NCBI GenBank assembly: GCA_947649575.1
Contig: CANSRZ010000002.1
Coordinates: forward strand, 68,049 to 132,048
Length of the DNA: 64,000 nucleotides
Direction of reading: 5' to 3'
Origin: an uncultured Clostridia bacterium
Lineage (GTDB): Bacteria > Bacillota > Clostridia > Christensenellales > UBA1242
The position numbers and the translations under genes are program-made. How positions within the stretch are numbered: position 1 is the first letter of the stretch; each line of letters begins with the position of its first letter. The notes under the pieces were generated by a model. It did not search any database. It was given only the letters and a program-made list of their open reading frames with translations, and was not told the DNA's origin. Shown piece by piece: positions 45,945 to 55,619 of this stretch.

Positions 45945-46350
45945 AAGACCTCCTAATAGTGATTGACAAGAATGATTATACAATGCGCAAAGAAAAAAGT
46001 CCAACGAATTTATGATATTTTTTAAAAAAGTTAGACAAAGTTTACAAAAAGCGACAAAATAATTAAAAAATTGCCAAAATTCAGCATAAAAAGGCTATTA
46101 TTAGACAATTTGACTTCAAACAGGCTTGATTTTATAGATTTGAATGGTTGAATTTTGTAAAAAAGTGTTTCAAATTGTTCCAAAACGTCTAAAATTTGCA
46201 TATTAATAATAGTAGGCTATAAAAATCAATCTGACAGGTTTGCTAATAAAGTTTTGCTATTACATTTTTATATATATTTCAACAAAAATCGCTTACTTAA
46301 TTTGATAATCCAACATACAATATTTATGTAAACTAAAAGGAGATAAAATT

Positions 46351-46584
46351 ATGAGCGAGCTTATTAAAACATTTGATAAACTTCCAAAACTTGTCAAGGT
46401 GATTTTGGCTTTGCCTGTGCTTGATATTGTTTGGGCAGTTTATCGTCTTTGCAGATCACTTGAAAAGAAGTCTGCAATCGGAATTGTTCTTGCAATTTTG
46501 ATGTTGTTCTTCTGTCCAGCTATTTTCTGGCTTGTTGACATCATCACATTGCTTGTAATCGACAAAGTTGTTTGGATTGACTAA
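46351..46584 (+). CDS. Small two-TM membrane protein
   Basis: 77 aa. AAAGGAG RBS. Confidence 0.55.
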   Translation: MSELIKTFDKLPKLVKVILALPVLDIVWAVYRLCRSLEKKSAIGIVLAILMLFFCPAIFWLVDIITLLVIDKVVWID

Positions 46585-46671
46585 ATAAAAGCCTCTAAAA
46601 AAGAGGCTTTTATTTTTAAAAAGTTTTCGCTTTTACTCATAAATGTTCTAGAATATAAGCGGAGGTTTTTT

Positions 46672-47616
46672 ATGAAGTTAAAAGAATGGCTGGAAGTTTG
46701 GCTGAACAAATATGTCAAACACACAATAAAATTAAGGAGTTATGTAAGATATCAAGAGATAATTGAAAAGCACATCAATCCTGTTCTTGGCGAAAATCAA
46801 CTTGACGCGCTAACTCCACAAATTCTGCAAGATTTTGTTTTAAGCAAGCTTACAAGTGGCAACTTAAAAACAGGACAAGCTTTGGCGACGAATTCTGTTT
46901 ATTCAATAGTCAATGTGTTAAAACAGGCAATCAAATTTGCTGTGATTTTAGGTTTGTTAGAAAAAGACAACACGCGTGCAATCAAATTGCCAGCAATTAA
47001 AGAGCGTCAAATTTTGGCGTTTGAGCAATTTGAACAAGACAGAATATTGTCTTATTGTTTTAAACATTGTTTAACTAATATGCTTGGCATTGTGTTATGT
47101 TTGTTTACAGGAATTCGTTTAGGAGAACTTTTGGCTTTAACTTGGCAAGATGTGAATTTTGAAAAAAGATATTTGAATATTAACAAAACAGCATTTTACA
47201 TAAAGCAAGATGGGCGAAATATGATTTTGACAAATGAGCCAAAGACTAAAAGTTCTAACAGAATTTTGCCACTATCCAAAAACTTGCTTGAGATGTTGGA
47301 AAATAAAAAGCAAGCATCAAACTCTGACTACATAATTTCAACTCGTGATGGCAAACAGGTCAGTCCACGATCTTATCAACGCACTTTTGAAAGGCTTTTG
47401 AAAAGATTGAATATACCGTATAAAAATTTTCATTCACTTAGGCACACTTTTGCAACGCGTGCGTTAGAGCTTGGACTGGATGTAAAAACAGTAAGCGAAC
47501 TGCTAGGACATAAAAACCCAGTCATAACCTTAAATCGATATGCTCATTCATTATTATCCTACAAGTTCCAAATGATAAATAAGTTAACCAAATCAATGTG
47601 CAAAAATATAAAATAA
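46672..47616 (+). CDS. Tyrosine site-specific recombinase (phage integrase family)
   Basis: 314 aa. SAM-like N-domain, TGIRLGELLAL (Arg I), HSLRHTFATRA (HxxR), LGHKNPVITLNRYAH (catalytic Tyr). Confidence 0.88.
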   Translation: MKLKEWLEVWLNKYVKHTIKLRSYVRYQEIIEKHINPVLGENQLDALTPQILQDFVLSKLTSGNLKTGQALATNSVYSIVNVLKQAIKFAVILGLLEKDNTRAIKLPAIKERQILAFEQFEQDRILSYCFKHCLTNMLGIVLCLFTGIRLGELLALTWQDVNFEKRYLNINKTAFYIKQDGRNMILTNEPKTKSSNRILPLSKNLLEMLENKKQASNSDYIISTRDGKQVSPRSYQRTFERLLKRLNIPYKNFHSLRHTFATRALELGLDVKTVSELLGHKNPVITLNRYAHSLLSYKFQMINKLTKSMCKNIK

Positions 47617-47642
47617 AAAACAAAGCGATTGCTTTGTTTTTA
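47616..47642. terminator. Bidirectional terminator between convergent genes
   Basis: AAACAAAGC-gatt-GCTTTGTTT. Confidence 0.7.
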
Positions 47643-48830
47643 AATTCCAAGTTCGTCCAAAACGGCTTTGATTTCTTTCATGGCTTTGTCCATTTGCTGT
47701 TTTGTGTGGGTTGCTGTGTAGCTTGTTCTTAAAAGTGCCATTCCTGGAGGTGTTGCTGGTGTGATAACTGGGTTTACATAAACGCCACGCTCAAGCAACA
47801 GTTTGCAGGCTAAAAAAGCTTTTTCGTCATCATAAGTATAGATTGGAATAATTGGAGTTGTGCTGTCAATGATTTTAATTCCTAAATTTTTAAGTCCATT
47901 TCTCATATATTCAGAGATGTCGGCAAGTTGTTGAACGCGCTCAGGCTCTCTTTCAAGAATTTGAAGCGCCTTTAATGCACATGCAACAGAGGCAGGTGTT
48001 ATGCTGGCAGAAAAAATGTAAGGGCGAGAGCAATGTTTTACATAATCAATCACGCGCTGACTTGCTGCCATATAGCCACCAAGTGAAGCAAGCGATTTTG
48101 AGAAAGTTCCCATAATGATGTCGACTTCATTTTCAAGATTAAAATATTCAGCCGTGCCAGCTCCGCGTTTGCCAAGCACGCCCAAACCATGCGCGTCATC
48201 AACCATAACGCGAGCATTATACTTTTTTGCAAGTTTAACAATCTCTGGAAGTTTACAAATCTCGCCACTCATAGAGAAAACTCCGTCTGTAACAATCAAT
48301 ATTCCGCTGTCAACTGGAACTGTTTGCATTTTTCTTTCAAGGTCAGTCATGTCGCTGTGATTGTATCTTATCATTTTGCCATAACTAAGTTTGCAACCGT
48401 CATAAATTGAAGCGTGATTTTCTTTATCGCACAAAATATAGTCATTTCTTCCAACGATTGCAGAGATTATGCCAAGATTGCTTTGAAAGCCTGTTGAAAA
48501 AGTCATAACAGCTTCTTTATGCAAAAAGTGAGCAAGTTCTTCTTCAAGTTTAACGTGCATATCAAGTGTTCCGTTAAGAAATCGTGAGCCAGAGCAACCT
48601 GAGCCATATTTTTGGAGCGCTTCAACGCCAGCTTTGATAACTTCTGGATGCGAAGTCAGGCCAAGATAGTTGTTTGAACCTATCATAACAGTTTCTCTGC
48701 CCTCCATTTGCACAACAGTGTCTTGACCAGAAGTTAGCTTGTGAAAATATGGATAAATTCCAGCTTCTTTGGCTTTATCATAAATATGCTCGCCTTGTGT
48801 TTTTGCGAACAAGTCTTTTCTTTCTTCCAT
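47640..48830 (-). CDS. PLP-dependent alpha-oxoamine synthase, serine palmitoyltransferase-like
   Basis: 396 aa. SNNYLGLTSHP, GSGCSGSRFLNGT, NHASIYDGC, DDAHGLG, GTFSKSLASLGGY (Lys), RPYIFSAS, VNPVITPATPPGMALLRTSYTATHT. By eye these are closer to SPT than to KBL or BioF. Confidence 0.8.
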   Translation of the reverse strand: MEERKDLFAKTQGEHIYDKAKEAGIYPYFHKLTSGQDTVVQMEGRETVMIGSNNYLGLTSHPEVIKAGVEALQKYGSGCSGSRFLNGTLDMHVKLEEELAHFLHKEAVMTFSTGFQSNLGIISAIVGRNDYILCDKENHASIYDGCKLSYGKMIRYNHSDMTDLERKMQTVPVDSGILIVTDGVFSMSGEICKLPEIVKLAKKYNARVMVDDAHGLGVLGKRGAGTAEYFNLENEVDIIMGTFSKSLASLGGYMAASQRVIDYVKHCSRPYIFSASITPASVACALKALQILEREPERVQQLADISEYMRNGLKNLGIKIIDSTTPIIPIYTYDDEKAFLACKLLLERGVYVNPVITPATPPGMALLRTSYTATHTKQQMDKAMKEIKAVLDELGI

Positions 48831-48840
48831 TTTTTTCTCC

Positions 48841-49614
48841 TTAACAATAAATCTTTTTTATAAGCCAGTCAAGCATTTTGACAGGCAAAATTTTTTGCAA
48901 AAATATTAATAACTTTAAAGCGCCAACGCTTTTGCGAACTTTTGGATGTTTGCTTTCAGCAAGTTTAACAACTTGTTTTGCAACTTTGAATGGGCTCATG
49001 CCATTGCGTTCATATTTTTCAAACTTCTCAACAGATTTATTGACCTTTTTGTCAGAACTTTCGCTTTTAATTCTAGCGTCAGTAAAGTTTGTCTTTACAT
49101 CACCAGGCATAACAACGCTCACATAGACATTGTAAGGTTTAAGCTCTGTGCGGGCAGTTCTTGACAAAACTTCAACGCCAGCCTTTGCTGAGCTATAAAT
49201 TGCTTGATAAGGTAAAGGGAAAACTGCTGATAAAGATGACATATTGATGATTTTGCCAAACTTTTGTTCTTTCATAATTTTGCCGACGATTGCAATATTG
49301 ACTGCCATTGCTGAAAGGTCGGTCGCGTACAAGTTTTGAATAACCTTTGTATCAGTATCAACAACTTCTCCACTTATTCCAAAGCCTGCATTATTTACAA
49401 AAACATCAATGCGTTTTTCTTTGTCCAAAATTTCATTAACAATGTGCTTAGTGTTTTCTGCGTCATTAACGTCGCCTTTATAACAAACAAAATCGTCGCC
49501 AGCATATTCTTCTCTTGCTATGCCATAAACTTTGTAGCCCTTTTGTAAAAACAAAGTGGCTGTTGCATGTCCAATTCCACTGCTTGCGCCAGTTATTATA
49601 ACAACTTTTTGCAT
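48841..49614 (-). CDS. Short-chain dehydrogenase/reductase (classical SDR)
   Basis: 257 aa from ATG 49614. TGASSGIG, NNAG, S...YSSAK catalytic triad. Lies 10 nt upstream of the acyltransferase gene. Confidence 0.85.
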   Translation of the reverse strand: MQKVVIITGASSGIGHATATLFLQKGYKVYGIAREEYAGDDFVCYKGDVNDAENTKHIVNEILDKEKRIDVFVNNAGFGISGEVVDTDTKVIQNLYATDLSAMAVNIAIVGKIMKEQKFGKIINMSSLSAVFPLPYQAIYSSAKAGVEVLSRTARTELKPYNVYVSVVMPGDVKTNFTDARIKSESSDKKVNKSVEKFEKYERNGMSPFKVAKQVVKLAESKHPKVRKSVGALKLLIFLQKILPVKMLDWLIKKIYC

Positions 49615-49823
49615 AAAAACCTCACTAAAATTACAGCACGAGTATAGCACAATATATTGACAAAACAAAATAATTTAGCGGGATTTTAAAAATTTTTTAT
49701 CAAAAACGCTAATCACCTTTATTTTAAAGAGATATAATCATTTTTAGTGAACTTGAATAAAAAAGCAATATTTTTAAGTTTAAAAAAGCTATTCGCCTGA
49801 AAATATAAGGCAAATAGCGATTT

Positions 49824-50270
49824 TTATTTTGTTAAAACTGTAATGCAAACTTTGTTGATTTCTAAATCAATTGTTTTGTCATAAATAAACTCATCATTAA
49901 GAGCGTTGTTGATTGTAACGTTTATTATGCCCATGTCATCAAGCACAAATCTTTCAACATTGGCGTTTGCGTTTATAGTAAATCCATTTTCAATATCTTT
50001 CACAATAAAATTTTCATCAGCGTTAAAATATCCGCTGTCAATCAAAGCTTGAATAAAAATTGCTGACCATTTTTCTTTCTCTTTTGAATCAAATAAATTG
50101 TTGCCAAGATCAATATCATTATCGCCTGCTGGTGGTTGCGGATCGCTTGGCTGGCTTGGAACAATAATCTCTCCGTTATCCAAAAAGCCGTTACTGCAAC
50201 CGACGAACACAAGTCCAGAGCCTGTAATTGCAAAGCAAACTAACAGCACTAAAAGTAATTTTTTAAACAT
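49824..50270 (-). CDS. Small lipoprotein, unknown function
   Basis: 148 aa from ATG 50270 (GAGG RBS). Lipobox VFVGC. Confidence 0.6.
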   Translation of the reverse strand: MFKKLLLVLLVCFAITGSGLVFVGCSNGFLDNGEIIVPSQPSDPQPPAGDNDIDLGNNLFDSKEKEKWSAIFIQALIDSGYFNADENFIVKDIENGFTINANANVERFVLDDMGIINVTINNALNDEFIYDKTIDLEINKVCITVLTK

Positions 50271-50393
50271 AACAACCTCATATATTCGACATAATAGTAA
50301 CATTTTTCGAGGTTTTGTGTCAAGAACTTTATACAGGTTTTTAAAATTTAATAATTGTTATAACAGGTTGATATTGCAAAACATATTATATAA

Positions 50394-51680
50394 ATGATGA
50401 AAAATTTATATAACTATTATTTTATTGGAATTGGTGGAATTAGCATGTCTGCTCTTGCAAAATTGCTTTTTGACAAAGGCTATGGCGTTATGGGTAGTGA
50501 CGCTTGCAAAAGCAAAGAAACAGAGAAACTAAAAAAGCTTGGCATAAAGGTTAACTATAAGCCAAATATAAAAGATGTTGAACTTTCTGACATAGTTGTA
50601 ACAAGCTCTGCGATTTCGGATGATAATAAAGAGCTTAAAGAAGCAGAAAGATTGAATAAACAAATCTTGACCAGAGGCGAACTGCTTGGGCAGATTTCAA
50701 AGACATATAAACATGTGATTGCAGTAAGTGGAGCGCATGGCAAAACAACGACCACGGCACTTATAGCACATATTTTTATGGAGGCGGGCTTACAGCCAAC
50801 TGTTCATATTGGCGGAATTATGCAAGGCTATGAAAGCAACCTGATTGAGGGAAGAAACAAGTTTTTTATAACGGAGGCTTGCGAATATAAAGATAACTTT
50901 TTAAATCTGCATCCAGATTTCTCAGTCATTTTAAATATAGAGCCTGAACATTTGGATTATTTCAAAACTTTTGAAAATGTTAAAAAATCCTTTAAACAAT
51001 TTGCCAAGCAAAGCAAAAATTTTATAGCGCAAGAGGGCTTGTTTGATAAAGGGCTTACGCTTGGCAAAGATTATGCATACTCAAATTTTTTAGAAACTAT
51101 AAATGGCATTGAATTTGATTATTATAAAAACAATACTTTTGTTTTTCATGTAAAATGTCCATTGCATGGCAAGCATAATGTGTTTAACATTTTAGCCGCA
51201 ATCGCAGTTGCAGAAAAATACAATATTTATGGTCAGTTAACGCAAAAAGCGCTTGCAAGTTTTAAAGGCGTAAAACGCAGAAGCGAAAGTTATCAGTTTA
51301 AAAATAACAGCAAGCTGATATTTGATTATGCTCATCATCCGACAGAAATCAAATGTAGCATAAACAGCATAAAAAAGTTTTGCAAAGGGGATTTGATAGT
51401 TATTTTTCAACCGCACACTTATTCAAGAACAAAAAAATTGTTTTCAGAATTTTTGCAAGCTTTTGACGGGGCGGATAAATTGATAATATTTAAAACTTAT
51501 CCAGCGCGTGAAAAATATGACAGAGCAGGCAGTGCAAAAATTTTAGCCAAAGTGTTAAAACAGAACAAAAAATGCAGATATTCGACAAATTATTGCATAT
51601 TGAAAAAACTGAATGTCAAGCAAGACGATTGCGTTCTTGTGTTTGGAGCGGGCGATTTTTATGACAAATGCAAATTTTGA
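50394..51680 (+). CDS. murC: UDP-N-acetylmuramate--L-alanine ligase
   Basis: 428 aa. FIGIGGISMSALA, VSGAHGKTTTTA, DYAHHP. Confidence 0.9.
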   Translation: MMKNLYNYYFIGIGGISMSALAKLLFDKGYGVMGSDACKSKETEKLKKLGIKVNYKPNIKDVELSDIVVTSSAISDDNKELKEAERLNKQILTRGELLGQISKTYKHVIAVSGAHGKTTTTALIAHIFMEAGLQPTVHIGGIMQGYESNLIEGRNKFFITEACEYKDNFLNLHPDFSVILNIEPEHLDYFKTFENVKKSFKQFAKQSKNFIAQEGLFDKGLTLGKDYAYSNFLETINGIEFDYYKNNTFVFHVKCPLHGKHNVFNILAAIAVAEKYNIYGQLTQKALASFKGVKRRSESYQFKNNSKLIFDYAHHPTEIKCSINSIKKFCKGDLIVIFQPHTYSRTKKLFSEFLQAFDGADKLIIFKTYPAREKYDRAGSAKILAKVLKQNKKCRYSTNYCILKKLNVKQDDCVLVFGAGDFYDKCKF

Positions 51681-51733
51681 AACAGACAGATTAGTCTGTT
51701 TTTTATTTTTTTTGAAAAAATTTGAAAAAATCC

Positions 51734-51788
51734 TTGACAATTGAATAATTGTTCAACTATAATGTTAATAGTTGAATAAATATTCAAC
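51734..51788 (+). promoter_or_regulatory. cadC-cadA promoter with two palindromic ArsR/SmtB-type operators
   Basis: TTGACA (51734-51739) and TATAAT (51758-51763). Operator 1 is TTGAATAATTGTTCAA (51741-51756), inside the spacer. Operator 2 is GTTGAATA-AA-TATTCAAC (51771-51788), with perfect 8-bp arms. Confidence 0.7.
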
Positions 51789-51816
51789 CAAAGAATATAT
51801 TTTTTTAGGAGAAATT

Positions 51817-52188
51817 ATGGGTAAAAATGAATTGATTTGTGATTGCGAAGTTATTCATGAGGAGCATGTTCAGAATGCTAAAAATAATATGCTTGACGAA
51901 GAAAAGCTTTTGCTTATTGCAGATTTCTATAAAGCGTTGTCGGACAGCACAAGGATAAAGATTATCAATGTGCTTGAGCAGGAAGAGCTTTGCGTTTGCG
52001 ATATTGCAGTTATATTGAATATGACAAAGTCAGCGGTATCGCATCAACTTAAAAATTTGCGTGAAATGAACTTGATAAAATCAAGAAAGCAGGGCAAAGA
52101 GGTTTTGTATTCACTTGCAGACGTTCATGTTAAAGAGGTTTTTGACATAAGTTTGGAGCATATATTGGAGATGAACTATGAAAGTTAA
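51817..52188 (+). CDS. cadC: ArsR/SmtB-family metalloregulator (CadC-like)
   Basis: 123 aa from ATG 51817 (AGGAG RBS). ELCVCDIAVILNMTKSAVSHQLKNLR, N-terminal CDC. Confidence 0.85.
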   Translation: MGKNELICDCEVIHEEHVQNAKNNMLDEEKLLLIADFYKALSDSTRIKIINVLEQEELCVCDIAVILNMTKSAVSHQLKNLREMNLIKSRKQGKEVLYSLADVHVKEVFDISLEHILEMNYES

Positions 52189-54217
52189 AATTCAAGGATT
52201 GGATTGTCCAAATTGTGCAAAGGCATTAGAAAATCATATAAACAAGTTGGATAGCGTTAAAAAGGCTGAAATAAACTTTGTTAAATCAAGTTTGGTCTTT
52301 GAAAGCGATAACGAAAGTAAGGCTTTGCAAGAAATAATTGAAGTGACTAAAAAAATCGAGCCTCAGGCAAGTATTGTCACGCCAGGAAAGAAGAATAAGG
52401 AAAGTCAAAGGATAATTATAGATTTTTGCTTGTTGTTGCTTGGAATTGCGCTTGGCGCGATAGTGATATTTGTTAAAATGCCAACTTGGCTTTATTGGAC
52501 GCTTTTTGTTATAAGTGCTTTAATTATGGGTTATAGAACTTATTATAAAGCACTTCGCCTGCTTTTGAAAGGAACAATAAACGAAAACTTACTTGTTACA
52601 ATTTCTGTTATAGGCGCAACCGCAGTTGGTGAGCATTTTGAGGGTTTGATGGTTATTGCTTTGTATTCAATTGGCAAAATTTTGGAAAGCATAGCAGTCA
52701 ACAAGTCCAGAAAGTCAATTGAAAAGCTGACCAGTTTTAAGCCAGAGTATGCAATCTTGCTTGATGGTGAGGAAGAGAAGCGGGTTGAGCCAAGTCAGTT
52801 AAAGATAGGTGATGTTGTGCTTGTAAGGCCAGGAGAGAGGCTTGCTGTTGACGGAATTATTGTTGATGGAAAAGCGTCTATTGACAAACAAAGCCTTACA
52901 GGTGAAAGTTTGCCTGAAAGTGTCAAAGAGGGTGATGAAATTTTGTCAGGCTCAATTATTTTGGACGGAGTATTAAAGGTAAGGGCAACAAAAGCTTATC
53001 AAGAAAGCACTGTCAACAAAATTGTTGAACTTATCGAACATGCGTCTGATAAAAAATCAAAAACAGAAACGGTTATTTCAAAGTTAACAAAATGGTATAC
53101 TCTTGGAGTTATTATATTGGCAGTCCTGGTTTGGGGAATTGTTTGGGCAATCACAAAAAATATAAACACGGCTGTTTATAGAGGGCTTATCTTTCTTGTT
53201 GTGTCATGTCCTTGCGCATTTGCTATTTCAGTTCCGCTTTCTTATTTTGCAGGGATTGGCAACGCTTCAAGAAAAGGGATACTTATAAAAGGTTCAAACT
53301 ATTTGGACGCTTGTGCAAAACTAAACTTGATTGCGTTTGATAAAACTGGCACATTGACGACAGGCGAGTTTGAGGTTGTGGACATTGAAGTTTGCAAAGA
53401 GACTCTAACAAAAGAGGACGTTTTGTTTCTTGCAAGTTTGGGAGAGCAATATTCTCTTCATCCGCTTGCAAGCGCAATAGTAAAAGGCAATAAAAGACAA
53501 CTTGAAAAAGTTAAGAATGTCAAAGAAGTTGCAGGCGAGGGCGTATATTTTGATTATAAAAAGGATAGTTATTTTGTAGGGCGAAAAAGCGAGAACTTGC
53601 AAGGAACTGTTGTTGAACTATTTAAAAATCAAGAAAAGTTAGGGCAACTGATTTTGAAAGATAAGGTCAAAGATACAGCCGTGTCAGCATGTAGCAATTT
53701 AAAAGCCATGAATATAAAGACGGATATGCTGTCAGGCGATAGCGAAAAGGTCGCTTATGAGGTTGCTAGTCAAATTGGAATTGATGAAGTTCATGCAAAA
53801 ATGCTTCCAGAGGCCAAGTTTGAATATATCAAGGGGTTGAAAGAAAACAAGGCAAATCATGTTGGCTTTGTTGGTGATGGAATGAATGATGCGCCATCAC
53901 TTACCCTTGCCGATGTTGGCTTTTGTATGGGGCTGAAAGGCAACGCTATCAGCATGGAAGCGTCAGACGTTGTTCTTGCAACGGATAATCCAGAAAAGGT
54001 TGCCGACGCAATCAAGCTGTCAAAATATACACGTAAAATTGTTTGGCAAAACATAGGACTTTCTGCAATTGTAAAACTTACATTTTTAATTCTCGGCGCA
54101 ATTGGCATAACAGGCATGTTAAGCGCTGTGATTGCAGACGTGGGAGTAACACTTATAGTGATTTTAAACAGTTTAAGAGCGCTAGGCTATAAAATCAAAA
54201 ACAAAAAACAGGCTTAA
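52178..54217 (+). CDS. cadA: Heavy-metal (Cd/Zn/Co-type) translocating P1B-type ATPase
   Basis: 679 aa. HMA domain GLDCPNCA, TGES, CPC motif (SCPCAF), DKTGTLT, GDGMNDAP. Confidence 0.93.
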   Translation: MKVKIQGLDCPNCAKALENHINKLDSVKKAEINFVKSSLVFESDNESKALQEIIEVTKKIEPQASIVTPGKKNKESQRIIIDFCLLLLGIALGAIVIFVKMPTWLYWTLFVISALIMGYRTYYKALRLLLKGTINENLLVTISVIGATAVGEHFEGLMVIALYSIGKILESIAVNKSRKSIEKLTSFKPEYAILLDGEEEKRVEPSQLKIGDVVLVRPGERLAVDGIIVDGKASIDKQSLTGESLPESVKEGDEILSGSIILDGVLKVRATKAYQESTVNKIVELIEHASDKKSKTETVISKLTKWYTLGVIILAVLVWGIVWAITKNINTAVYRGLIFLVVSCPCAFAISVPLSYFAGIGNASRKGILIKGSNYLDACAKLNLIAFDKTGTLTTGEFEVVDIEVCKETLTKEDVLFLASLGEQYSLHPLASAIVKGNKRQLEKVKNVKEVAGEGVYFDYKKDSYFVGRKSENLQGTVVELFKNQEKLGQLILKDKVKDTAVSACSNLKAMNIKTDMLSGDSEKVAYEVASQIGIDEVHAKMLPEAKFEYIKGLKENKANHVGFVGDGMNDAPSLTLADVGFCMGLKGNAISMEASDVVLATDNPEKVADAIKLSKYTRKIVWQNIGLSAIVKLTFLILGAIGITGMLSAVIADVGVTLIVILNSLRALGYKIKNKKQA

Positions 54218-54242
54218 GAGCTATAAATTATGAAACTAGCGA

Positions 54243-54276
54243 AAAATGTCTTATCGGTTTGATAAGACATTTTTTA
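54243..54276 (+). terminator. Intrinsic terminator after cadA
   Basis: AAAATGTCTTATC-ggtttg-GATAAGACATTTTTT. Confidence 0.8.
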
Positions 54277-54332
54277 ATTACCTATTGACTTTTTAACGGT
54301 AGAGTAATATAATAAGGTCAAGGAGCAGTACT

Positions 54333-55139
54333 ATGGCAAAGAAAAAGGGTATCCTTTATATTTCATTTAGCGATCAAATAACTTCGGCATATGTTGACTC
54401 TATGATGAATTTCAAAGTATTTGACAAACTAAAAAATGAAGTAGATTTATTACAAAAAGTTATATGTTTTGAGCCGTACAACCCATTTTGGAGCGGTGTT
54501 GTAGGTGCACAAGCAAAATATAATTATCGTTCTGATAAATATATTAATTCAGTAAAAGAGCAAATTGATTTATATGCACAAGAGATAGCAAATATGGCAA
54601 AAAAATATGATGCATTTTTGCCCGTTATTGATGTAGCTCTTCACCATTATCCTGAACGTGAATTTGAAAGATTTAGCGCTACGTCAGGCTTTTTGTTGGC
54701 AAAAGCTTTGCACGAAAAAACTGATTTAAAGCAAACAAAATTTGTATTAATTGAAGGCACAGAGGTTTATTTACAAGAAGATGCAAAAAAGTTTAATGTG
54801 TATTTAATAGAAAATGGGATTGCATATGGATATGGAAAAGATGACACCCACTGTGGTTATCATCTAAGTGAAGAAGCTTCAGCTGGCTCACCTTATCCTA
54901 TGTTTTTGAGAGTTTTGGATGAAGAACAGAATAAAGATACATATCTAAAATTTTACAACAAAAATTGGAATGTCCTTAAAGAAATTAAAATTGCACTCGA
55001 AACAAGCCCTCGTACGAGATTGTGTGATTTTTCAAATTTTGATCAACTACTAGCCTTGGATTATTTATCAGCTATTGCATTAAGTGAAAAAGAGAAGAAC
55101 CCGCCAAGTATAGACAATTTATCTAACTATCAAAGCTAG
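54333..55139 (+). CDS. Hypothetical protein
   Basis: 268 aa. TTGACT-17-TATAAT promoter and AAGGAG RBS upstream. No motif recognised. Confidence 0.6.
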   Translation: MAKKKGILYISFSDQITSAYVDSMMNFKVFDKLKNEVDLLQKVICFEPYNPFWSGVVGAQAKYNYRSDKYINSVKEQIDLYAQEIANMAKKYDAFLPVIDVALHHYPEREFERFSATSGFLLAKALHEKTDLKQTKFVLIEGTEVYLQEDAKKFNVYLIENGIAYGYGKDDTHCGYHLSEEASAGSPYPMFLRVLDEEQNKDTYLKFYNKNWNVLKEIKIALETSPRTRLCDFSNFDQLLALDYLSAIALSEKEKNPPSIDNLSNYQS

Positions 55140-55187
55140 ACGGCAGAAATATTCGTTTTATTTGAAAGTTTTGAGAGAGTAAAGGTA

Positions 55188-55222
55188 AAAAAACATAGAC
55201 AATTGTTTTGTCTATGTTTTTC
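55188..55222 (+). terminator. Intrinsic terminator
   Basis: ACATAGAC-9 nt-GTCTATGT followed by TTTTT. Confidence 0.75.
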
Positions 55223-55401
55223 TTTAATTATTCCGCTAGTTTCAAACTCCCGTGACTAAATTTGCCTGTTTTATTTTTCATCTTTATCTTTAGAGTTTTC
55301 AATATCTGCAATAAGAAAATTATACAGCCTATTTACTGCCTATCTTTAAAAATTACAACCTTTTTTAAGGTATAAATTTAAAAATAGTTATAAAAATATA
55401 C

Positions 55402-55428
55402 AAAAAAGCCCGCAAATACGGGCTTTTT
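55402..55428 (-). terminator. Terminator immediately following the tRNA 3' fragment
   Basis: AAAAAGCCCG-caaata-CGGGCTTTTT. Confidence 0.75.
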
Positions 55429-55431
55429 CAA

Positions 55432-55470
55432 TGGTTGGGATGAGTGGACTCGAACCACCGACCCCCACCT
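55432..55470 (-). other. tRNA 3'-half fragment (T-arm + acceptor 3' strand + CCA): prophage attachment-site copy
   Basis: Minus strand reads GGTGGGGGTCGGTGGTTCGAGTCCACTCATCCCAACCA. There is no matching 5' acceptor strand (TGGGATG) or D/anticodon arms upstream. Confidence 0.75.
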
Positions 55471-55619
55471 TATCAGAAATAACATTTGATAGTTGCAAAT
55501 AGTTTTATATGTGGCTATTATCCTTTTAAATAAAGGGGAATAGCCATTTTTTATTTTTATTATGTTTCTTTTTAATTTCAGTTCATTTTGTTTATTTGTA
55601 TAAATTTTCACACTTTTTT

